Shown piece by piece: positions 12,605 through 23,182 of a stretch of 64,000 nucleotides of DNA (its first letter is position 1; every line of letters begins with the position of its first letter). This DNA comes from Mesotaenium endlicherianum (Eukaryota). Where the stretch lies: assembly GCA_009602735.1 (NCBI GenBank), contig WELA01003606.1, positions 1-64,000 on the forward strand, in the 5' to 3' direction. The position numbers were made by a program, and so were the translations under genes. The notes under the pieces were generated by a model. That model did not search any database and was not told where the DNA came from. It saw nothing but the letters and a program-made list of their open reading frames with translations.

Positions 12605-13007
12605 AACGCGCTGGTTGCTTCCATAGTCAAGAACTCCCGGCTTCGTGCGTTGTTCGTTGCTGACAACGATGCATGCGGGACGTTATTTGCATTTGCGCCT
12701 GCCATAGACGCTCTCGCGCTGACAGTTAGCATATGCGCAACGTTTGCACGCACTCTAAGCATCAACATCGACCAGAGAAGCAAGCTATTGACAATTGCAG
12801 CCGCGACGAGCGAGCTGCTGTCGTCCACACATACGTTCGTTGGCGTAGCGACAGACACGCGATTGCTGACGCAGTGCTATGCGCTCAGGCGCTCACACGT
12901 GGTGTCTCTGCACAGCACGGGTACAAATGCCATGTGGCAGCCACCTTACTGCCGGTGCTTTGACAAGCTACGCAATATCGTCCGCACGCTCGCACGTCCG
13001 CACCTGA

Positions 13008-13175
13008 CGATGATTGCGCAACGACAGTTGCAGGGGCGGTTGCCCTGCGTTGACACCTGTTAACAACTCTCATCCTTGCGCGCTTTGACACGATGATTGC
13101 GCAACGACGGTTGCAGGGGCAGTTGCCCTGCGCTGACACCTGTTAACAACTCTCATCCTTGCGCGCTCTGACACG
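13008..13175 (+). repeat. 83-bp tandem duplication (2 copies)
   Basis: CGATGATTGCGCAACGAC...TGTTAACAACTCTCATCCTTGCGCGCT begins at 13008 and again at 13091. Confidence 0.9.
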
Positions 13176-15979
13176 TTGACAGGTGGCAAGTCTACGACCA
13201 GCGCAGCCCTGTCAAACATGACACGTGTAATGTGTTAGTATACTACTAGATATAATATTCATTCACTTAGAATAGTTAATTTAATTTAGTTTATTGTACT
13301 TTAGTTAATATTAAGTCTGTTGGCCTTTCAGTCATATCCAATATAATGACTCAGCCGAGAGCAACAAGCTGAAGTCAGCATAGGACAGCTTGCTGACACA
13401 TTTTTTGACAGTCAGTTGACTGCCGTACTTGGTATCAGTGGACTACCTAGATATGCATCTAAGTGTGATATGCTAGATGAATGGCCAGATGAAACCCTTG
13501 GGTGGATGGCGATTTGGGATAATGGGAGATGGCTGTGAATATAGTTAGCGAGGTCCTACCGACGTGGTTAATTCTCGGGTAGGCGGTGCCATCGCACTTG
13601 CCGTTAAACGGTAAATTCATTCCATGTACATAGGTTAGGTTATGCTCTCGAGTTCGGCATTTGGAAACGAGGCCAACTCTCTTGCACCGCTTACTAGGAA
13701 AGATATGAATCCAAGGCGAGAAGCCATTAGTGCGAAATGTCTTCTAACCATGCTTATGTATGAGTTTACTAATTGCATGATTGATGCTCGTTTACTTGCA
13801 TTTGACTGATGAGTATTGCTTACGCTAGTCGTGTGGTCTTTTGCTGATTAATAAGTTAAGTAGAAAATACCATAAAAACTATTTACTGATATAAAGATCT
13901 CTTATTAATTGTCAATCGCTTATTGGTAAGTCGATTCATTTCAACGCGTGAGAGTCCGCAGATAAGGTTGTGGAGAGCCTTGCGCAAGTTGAATGCGATG
14001 GCATTACCTATTTGGGAGTTAAGCACGTCGATAAGACCTCAAATTACCAAATCCACATTTATCTCGCATCATTTTGAATCGGCATCTTTCGAAGATTTCA
14101 TCTAGCTATTCATCTAATGAGCACATTACAATAAATATAGTAGTAGCCAGTTCACTAGGTTCGCTTAAGATGGTTGATTGATTGTCAAAGAATGTGTGAA
14201 AGAGCGGACAAAATAAACTTTTGCCTGCCACTGTTTGTTTGATCATTATACAAATCATAAGTTATATGAAAGGAGTGAGCCTAACTATATATTATAATTA
14301 ACCAAGATCAATTGAAATTCTATTTTTCTTTAATTATTTACAGAGGGAGAAAAGGAGAGAAGAAGAGATGAAAGGACAGATAGTGAGTGAGTAAAATAAG
14401 ATTTGTGTCCAAAATAGCGGATTCATATATATTTGTAAGTGTAACAATTTGAGCTTTTTGGGCGTATTTGGGACGCTTTCCTACTTACCTAAAAAACGTT
14501 ACAATATTCATCGATATATTATTTGATATGTGATTGCATCTTACTGAATTAATCGCCACACGCGTGTGCAGACTAATTCCTGGTCGATTGGCGAAACGAC
14601 CAAGATGCTATTGCAAAAACTATCGTAAAGTAATTTGCTTACTTCACAATAGTACGACATACTTAATCATAACGTTACCTCAATCAAATATGAAGAAATA
14701 AGGTAATTAATCAGTGATTAATTACTTTATTTCTACTTTCATTATTGCGGATAGGATTGTCAATGTTTTTGATCAACGTCAGTCATTAATCCGGGATAAA
14801 ACATGTTGTGCGTTAAGAGATCGGGTGCGCCTTGTCGGCACAAGCAACACACAATAGACAAGCAGGCTTTGCTGCAATGAAGTCTATAATACAAATGGCT
14901 TTATAGCCAAAAAGGGAGTCAGGCGTCAAATGTTTTAATTAAGGGAAGTGTACTCTCCAGAGTGAGCACCTCAAGACTGTAATCTGGTAGGAAAACAACT
15001 AATGAAGTATGGCCCAAAAGATCACTGGAAGCACATCATGATCTTCAGAGTAGTCCTATGGCAAGGGCTTAAGCTGTGACTTTGCTCACCACTTGTGAAG
15101 TTCTTCAAGTGACTGGAAGCCTGGAGGGCTTGCTCTTCACAAGAGAGTAACTAAGTGGTCCTGAAAACACAAGAGATAAAAGTGTAAGCTTTACTGATAA
15201 TCTCTGTTACTTACACCTGGCATAATGGACTTCTAAAAGATGTCTCTTCTAGGGACATCTCTAGTATTTATACTCCTGGAAATCCGGCGGGGTACGCGGC
15301 GGATCCAATGCATGTAGTCACTCTAGGAGGCTCTCCTATGTCCACTAATGTGTACAAGGCATGTACTAGCACTCCTATAGGCTAAGCATAACTCAAACCA
15401 ATCAAAGCAAGGTGCGCAGGATATGCTACATGTCCCTCATTGGCCGAACTTACCTTGGGTGATTCTACCTAGATAGCGCCTCAAAAGTGGATCTGAAAAT
15501 TGAGGAAGCTTCCTCTAGGAGTAGATGATGCAGTCACCAAGTTATAGCCTCAATGATGCACATATACTATGGAAATGCAAAGCTTATGTAGGCTAAGGGG
15601 CTCGCGGATTTGTGCGCACAAGCTAGGGGTTTTAGGGGGTCACGAATAGGCAAGAATGTGCACATTGAAACACAAATTGCCCTTTGGTGAGGATCCGTTA
15701 GGGGCCGGTAGGTGGCGCGGACTAGATCGCTCATATCTCGCGCGATACGTGACCAAATGACGCGAACCCGGTGCCATTCGGAAGGTGACTTGACGCGCTA
15801 CACTTTGGTGACTTGGAAATTGAGAAAAGGTCAAAGTATGGATGCGTAAAGTCTATGCAAAGTCGGCCTTCCTAGGTTGATGGTTCACACATGTGGAGCT
15901 CGTTTTCGTGCGGCAACCTCGACTCAATAAGTCATGACAAACACCTTTGAAGTGGCCATGTGCACGGAGAAATACTTGC

Positions 15980-16660
15980 TCGCAGATACGACTATACACA
16001 TCACACACGTATCTATGCACAATTGCTCAAAGTGTACGCATGTCTGTTTGCACTCATGTTGGCGTGCTTTCCATGCTCAGACGCATCGTTGCACGAATCC
16101 ATGCACGCATGGGCGCACTCACACATGTACGCACTCACACATTACCCCCGCATGATCATCTTACCTTAGTGCTCTACCTATTGCCCAAGAGCAGCTTTAA
16201 ATATAGAATATACGGTCACAAGCCGCCTGTACGTTTGCACGCATAGTTGCACGCACACACGTACGTACTCCCACCCGCACGTTTGCAAGCGTCGGTACGC
16301 TTCGAACAGTTCTAAGCAATTTTAAATGTTTTGGGTGCACCGTGCTTGACGACCGCTTTCGTACCCGAATACCTCTCAATCCCCTGCACCATGCATGGTG
16401 GTGAAGCTTTTTTGGTAGCGGGGTTCATTTTACTCCGCACGCTCGAGCCCTTCCCGAGGCGCACGAAAAACTGGAACCGAGGCGCACGGGCAAACGGCAC
16501 CCGTCGAGATTTTTCACAAGCTTAGTCGTTGTGCTTGGGCAAACGGACCGAAGACTTCACATTATAACGGGAAAAGCTTCGCCAGAGTAGCGAAGAGCCG
16601 AGAACACGTTTTTCGACAGAGTGGCGAAGGAAACCCAGTCGAATTTGGGAGTATGGGTTG
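15980..16660 (-). repeat. Right terminal inverted repeat
   Basis: Reverse complement of ~2526-3215; followed by TSD GATTGGT. Confidence 0.85.
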
Positions 16661-17016
16661 GATTGGTAGAGATGGCCAACATGGTGAGTGTTTGGAGTGC
16701 GGTCAGCGAGGAATACCGCAATAGCAACTCCCTTCCGACTGACAGTCAGTATGCAATCTAGACTTAGCGCATCAGTGGTACACCATCCCAGTTACATATA
16801 CTAAGCCGTGCATGGCCAGTAGTCATGTTGGTGCACTTTGTAGTGCGGGCAAACGTATGGCGATAATGCGACTCCTGGCCATTTCCAACATGTTTAGATT
16901 AGCTTGCAGCGCAATGAAGGCATAAGATGTGAGTTTAATTAAAAATCTTGGTAGCTCATATTTGGCAGCATCGCCACGCAGTGTTCATACAAGCGATCGG
17001 TCTTCTTTTAGTTAGA

Positions 17017-20000
17017 ATGGCGAAAAAGAAGTTGAAGAGTAAGAAGCAGCTGAAGGATCAGGAAGAACATACTATTGAAGCTGAAGAGCAACGCGGGGAT
17101 GATGAGCTTGCTGCTGATTGTGTGGTTGAGGAGAGGGATCTCTACGAGGTAATGCGAACAGCTCAGGTGGATATCGCCGTGAACTATGGTCATTGTAAGA
17201 TCTTCATCTTGCTTTGGTGACTAACTTGAACGCCTCATTGTTTCATGGTACCTGATGAAGAAAATCTGCATCTTGAAGAACATACTTTGTAATTTCGCTG
17301 GTCATTGTATACTTCCCACTTTAAGAACTTCATCTTGAAGAGTTACCAGGTGGCTTTTGAGGGAGCGTCGCAGTCAAGTAGAGCATCCTTTTCAGAACAC
17401 CTGTTTCGTCTCGCTTCTTGAGAGCCTCCCGCCTCTGTTCAATCTGAGTTTGAGTCTGTAAGCAGCATAGTGCACACAACTTGGGCCTTCGTCCCTGTGG
17501 ACATGGACGAGTGGTGCTGCGGGTAACTGTTAAAAGTCCTAACCTCCTGTTCCTCTCTACCTGGCGCCCTGGTCTCCTGTGCTCCCCAGGTCTTGGGAGT
17601 GGAGAAGAGTGCTTCTCCTGCGGAGATTCGCAAGGCTTATCACCGCATGGCTCTGAGCCTCCACCCTGACAAAAACCCCGGCGACGAGGTGCCGCTCTGC
17701 CTACATTGCCTCTCCCCATCTCCTGCAGCCTTCGAATGCGCCTCTTTCAAAAAGATGCCGGGTTGGATTTGGGTGGAAAAGGGGGGGGAAGAGAAGCAGA
17801 GGGGAAGGAAGGCCTGTTGCCGCTGCAAGTTAGGGCAGCGAAGGCGAGGCATGCCTGCTTGGGGGGGGGGGGGGGAAACCAGGCTCGGCCAAATTCGCAT
17901 TGGTAGTGTCTTTGAGCTTTCCTCTGGCAGCTTGGCCTGGGCCTTTCCAACCTTTCCAACTAGCGGGCGGGCAGGCAGCGGCAGGGCTGTCGTGTGGGGT
18001 GAAGGGGCTGGGAGTTTATGTCTGGCAGCTGGGCTGCCGCTTGCCTCCACACGCCTGACGAGTCGCGCACACTTACATGCTTACACACACATGCATGCAC
18101 GCACAATCTTTCACACACAGAGTGGGAGGTGCTGTGAGCATTTGCGGGGTTGTGCAGAGTGCCAAGGACAAGTTCCAGACGCTGCAGCGCATCTTTGGGG
18201 TGCTGTCGGACCCCGAGAAGCGCGCCATTTACGACCGCACTGGCTCCATTGAGGACTCAGTACTCCTCCTCTCCTCTTCTTCGTTGTCCCCAAACCCCGG
18301 CACCCTCCAACCCCTAACCCCGTCTCGACCCACAACTGGCAGGCAATCATCATCTCCGGACCTCATATCCCTCTGGCAACGCTTGGACCCCTGAACTGGC
18401 CTTTTGAACTTACTCTACCCTGCTCCCTATTTTGCTGGGTCCTGTCGCTCTCTCAGTATGGAGGTGCTCTGGTGCTGACGCCTGGGGAAGTACACGTTTG
18501 CACAACCCTCAGAACCCTCTTAAGTTCTTCAATTAGGGGGTAAGGCCTCTCTGGCAAAAGTAGCAGTGATGTATCTCTTCCTCTATTTGCAGGCGCCGGC
18601 GCTTGCTCCTGAGCATGCCACATGCGCGCGCTGCGTTAAGTGTCTGGATCAACCCATATTTGTATTTCCAGTAGTTGCTAGTGTCCCCTTGAAAGCCGTC
18701 AGCAGAAGTCTATGAGTGCACAAAGCGTTGGCTTCAGAAGGCTCGGCAGCGCGCGTAAAGCAGAGCATGCATTGCTGCAGTGGCCCATAAGACTCGCGTC
18801 TGAGAGGAAGACATGCTCTGCCTCTAGAGGCTACTGTATAAGAGCAACCTTATGAGGGGAAGAGGGGGGAGGGGAAAGTGCCTGACACGTGCACCTGAGA
18901 GGAAGCGCCGGAGCTCGCTTTTGCAGCTGCTGACTGGAGGACCATGCACTTGATGTGATGATGACTTTACTGGGAGCCGTCTGCTTGGCCTGACGGCGCT
19001 AGGTGTCATGTGTACGGGTGTGCAGGAGCTGGCGGGGCAGAAGTTTGGCGATTTGTACGACTACTATCGGGCCATGTTCAACCAGGTAGGCGTGCACGCG
19101 CGCGCGCTCCCCTGGCCCTGCTCCTCTGGATCCTGCCCCCTTCGTGGCCCCTCCGTGCGACCCCCTGTTTGTTCGCATATGTGTGGTTTCAAATGTTTTG
19201 TGCTCACATGCAGGTCCAGTAGCAGCGCTTGTGGGCGCATGCATGTGTACGGCGATGCGGGTGGGCCGCTGAGCAGCTCCCTTCCCAGTGCGTGTCAGGC
19301 ATGCACACGCTTGCTTGGTGGCGCTCGTACTGAACGGCAGCGTAGTGCAGCCAAGCATGCCAGCTGGCTGGTGGCTCTGAAATCCACATCATGGGTGCCG
19401 GTGCAGGGTGCCGGTGCCAGAGCCGCTTGTCGACCCACAATCACCAATTCCAGGTGTTGCGGGAATGACTCAGCATCCGTATTTCTTATTGCAAGTAAAC
19501 CACCACCCGGCGAGTCTGAGCTGTGCGAGTGAGGCATGCGGCGGACAGCGGGCAAGGGGCTGACGCTGTCCTCTTGGTGTTCCGTCGCGTTGTGCGTCGG
19601 GCGGGGCAGGTGACAGAGCACGACATAGAGCAGTTTGAGGTGGAGTACCGCGGGTCTGCAGAGGAAGCGCAGGACCTAAAGCGGCACTACACGCGCTTCC
19701 AGGGCGACATGCGCAAGTGAGTGCATTCACGCGCTCACACACGCATGCTCATGCGGGCACGCGCATCGTCAGCCCCCGTCGTGCACGTGGGGAGGCTGGA
19801 CGGGTGTCATTGTTTGTGATCACGTCCCGTAATCTGGAACCCCGCTGCAGCTGTCACGAGCAAGGTTCGCCTGCAGCTACTAAAATTCTCCATCTGGAAT
19901 GTGTTTGCATGTCTTGTCTTCCTGGATTGAGAGACATGTGAGCAAGAGGACGTGGAGTAGACATGGCCGCTTTGTGGGCTGATGGCGGGGCAGACGCACA

Positions 20001-22488
20001 CTTCAGTTGCTCCTCTTCTTCTCTTTGGTTGTTTGCCCGAAGGTTTGTGTTCCAGAGAGTAAATAGGATTTATTGATTGGGACGTGACACGTGTCTCTCA
20101 TTGAGAGGCGCCTAGAAAGAAGCAGTGTGTGGGCTTTCCTCCCTGGCTCTGGCACCTGCCCAGAAAGGCAACTGAGGAGGGTAAGCGTATCCAAGCTGGT
20201 CTTGTCCTCCAGCATGGGGAGTGTATTTGTGCATCTCATGCATCTAGTGATTGGGTCTGACTGCCACCCTGCAGAGTTTTGTCCACAGTTTCTGCAGAAG
20301 GTTCTGATTCCTGCATGCAAGGATCTTCTGCCTCGCCATAGGAGGAACGTCTGCGACAATCATCGATACTGCAGACGGGGTCCTACGTGTCTCATTGTGG
20401 TTGATGAAAGGATACAGGTCCAAGTGAGGCCTGGCGGCTATCTGAGGGTGGTGGGCAAAGCAAGTGGCGTGGGGTACAGAGTGATGGCGTGGGTGATGTG
20501 CTCGCGTGACGACCTCGACTCGCACCGCTTCATGGACATCCTCGACGCCGCTATTCAAGCAGGTAGTGCTCCATGCGCCTATGTGTGTGTGTGTGTGTGT
20601 GCGCGCGCGCGCACGCCATGATGTGGGCCAGCATGCCTTCTTGCGCACGCTCATCTCCCTGGTTGGGTGCGGCAGGAACCTTTATAAGTGAACTTTGTGT
20701 GCATGCAGTTGGAGGAAGCAGGGGAATGGAAATAGTCACGCCTATCTCTGTTTCTTGTGTGCGTATCCCGCGCTTCTCTCGCCAGATGCAGATTAGGTGC
20801 CTAGACGGAGGTAGGAAGAATGCACAGAAGCACATGCCGGCAGCAGCTCTTATGAAGGGAGGGGCGGTTGGAAGGCCATCTCGCTTGTTGGTGTCTCTTT
20901 TGGGCCTCCACCCATTAGCCACTGTTTGGGGAATTTCCACAACTTCCCCTTCTCTTCTCAAAATTTCCTTTCAAAGAGGATCTCATTGACGGTCGGGATT
21001 AGCCGAGAACACACGATGGTGACGTGAGCCAATTAAGCCAAAACGAACTTAGAGTGTGTCGTTTAGTGGCGTATCTTCACCAAATCTATCACACTCATCC
21101 ACTTGCATCTGGGCGGAAGGGAAATGTCTTCGCTTGGGAAGAAAGGCATGCCCTACCGCCCTCCATTTTGGTGTCAGAATGTCAAAAAAGGTGTCAGAAG
21201 GCAAAGGCGTCCGTCAATATAACGACGCGTCGAATCCTTTCCTTTCTCTTCTCTTGGATGACATGTACGTACCGGATTGGTGTAAGTTGTCGGCTAAGAA
21301 TCTTGTCATGCACGAGCGAATTCCGTGCAAAATTGCCATTCCCCAAACTGTTCGCGACCCTTCTCAAAATTCCTACCCGTTCCAAACCATTCGTTTGGAT
21401 TTTTTATTTTGTGGCGCAAAATGGGCTCCCTGCTCAAACATGAAAAAAGCCAGTCGCGTTGCCGGTGAAGAAAACTTGTGGCAACATTCCAATGTGTTCC
21501 AATTCATGCTTCTCCCACTGCCGGTTTGCTTTTATTTGGTTGTTTAGGTATGTGGCTGTGTACAAGGCCCAAACGTTTTTCGTTACCCGTGGTGGTCGGT
21601 ATGTGTCAGAAGGAAAGGAAATTCCATGTTATTGACCCCCCATTAGCGCGTCTCGGTTTGGTAAAGAGAAAGGCGGAGGAAGGGAACTGTTCCCTTCTTT
21701 GTGATGACGAAAGATTTAACGGTTTTTTGGAGAAGGGGAAGGGAAAGGAATTTTGCCGTTTCCCCAAAATCCTGCTAATGGGTGGAGGCTGTTTGAGGAA
21801 TCAAGTTATGCGGGTCTTTCTCCAAGGTCGTAATGCTTCTGGCCCGAGAGATGTGGCCCATTGATACGGAGACCAGGCCAGGTCATGGTTACAGATTAGA
21901 CGAGGATGCCGACGATGTCTGCGGGGCATGAGTGAGCAGGTGAGGTGGAGGCGTCAAAGAAGTATAAGAAGTGGGCAGCTGACGTGGCCAAGAGACCTCC
22001 TTCCGGTCATGATCCTCTGGCGGTGACCGAGTCAGACAAGTAAGATGATGGTTCTCCTCTTCTTGACGGCAAATCGCATGCTCTCTCTTTATACACAGCC
22101 GAGGAGGAGGATTTCTGAAATTTGTGAAACTGAAGGAAAAGAAGAAAAGGCAAGTATGTGTTATGGTCAAGTGCTCGACCGTAGAAATTCATGCCTTGCA
22201 AGTCACGAGTATGAAGGCTAATAACTTGCGCGTTCGTGTGTGTCCCTGGCTGGATGTTACAGGAAAGCAAAGAAAAAGGATGTAGCTCAGAATGGGGACT
22301 TGATGGCGCTTATTAAGGGCAGGCAGAAGGAACGCAGCGAGGACCTCTTTGCTTCTCTGGAAGCCAAATATGCAGGCAAGGACAAGCGAGGGAGAGAAAA
22401 GAAGTCCAAGCGAAAAGCAGATGCACAGGAGCATGAGCCTAGTGAAGAGGAATTTCAAGCTGCCAAAAAACAAGCATTCAAAAAATGA
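17017..22488 (+). CDS. DNAJC9: J-domain co-chaperone, DNAJC9/ATJ6 type; 8 exons (17017-17148, 17590-17688, 18158-18259, 19026-19085, 19610-19716, 20480-20562, 21940-22039, 22263-22488)
   Basis: GT-AG splicing in consistent phase gives [63 protein letters not shown] (HPD motif), then [42 protein letters not shown] and EPSEEEF, typical of this family. Confidence 0.92.
20904..21789. mobile_element. MITE-like insertion in intron 6 of the J-protein gene
   Basis: GCCTCCACCCATTAGC (20904-20919) and its exact reverse complement GCTAATGGGTGGAGGC (21774-21789), with weaker inverted similarity ~50 bp further in. Non-coding; TSD not resolved. Confidence 0.6.
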
Positions 22489-23182
22489 GGCAAGAGCCTT
22501 CGTCGGCATGTGGTGAACGCTACTACAGATGGATTCGAGTTGATATACCTATGTGTACATAAGTGACCCAGTTTATTGTGTCAGTGTCGCTATCCACCGA
22601 TGTCTCCCATTCACATGGAGCAGATGACGAACCTCATCGCGATGAAGTGTCTCTTGATCACTGTACTTAGTTTGACGAGCCATAGCTGATCAGTTCGAGT
22701 CGGCGACATGCAGATGGCAATAGAGCACCTCTGACTAGTAGCGCCGATCCCAAGGAAGCTGTTCAGTTGAGCATGCATACGTTGATAGTTGAGATTCTTG
22801 CTTAAGATGCACGACAGTCCTACTATCAGACCTCAGCAATAAATTGAAGACAACTGGTGAAGTTACTGGCAGACTTGCTTTGAGCATTCGACGACACTAG
22901 AACTTTGTCATGCATTGCCATGGTTGTCATTGTATTGAGCAAATTACTGAAACAATATTGTTCAGTGTTCATGAGAGGGCCAAAAAATCAATGAACATAT
23001 CTTCGCATTACATGACCCTGGATTGACACACTGACGAGTGAGAATGTTAATGCACCCGCCCAAGGTTTGCACAGGAAACACAAGAATAAGAGAATGATGT
23101 GCTCTTCTCCACACAGAGGAACCAAACGAATTGTGAAAGAAGAATGTGCACTCTGCACAAAATAGTATAGAAAAGAAAAGTT

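Larger units (their letters stand above)
2526..16660. mobile_element. Large putative DNA transposon with ~0.7 kb terminal inverted repeats (TIRs) and 7-bp TSD GATTGGT; no intact transposase seen
   Basis: 2526 begins CAACCCATACTCCCAGATTCG; 16660 ends CGAATTTGGGAGTATGGGTTG, its reverse complement with one mismatch. Inverted similarity runs ~2526-3215 vs ~15980-16660. GATTGGT lies directly outside both ends (2519-2525, 16661-16667). Confidence 0.8.

Noticed and set aside
13008..13175. CRISPR-like array
   Set aside because: Only two adjacent units, no spacers, and a eukaryotic context.
14931..15900. Possible reverse LTR with TATAAATA on the - strand near 15270
   Set aside because: LTR-like in character, but the second border and TSD could not be defined.
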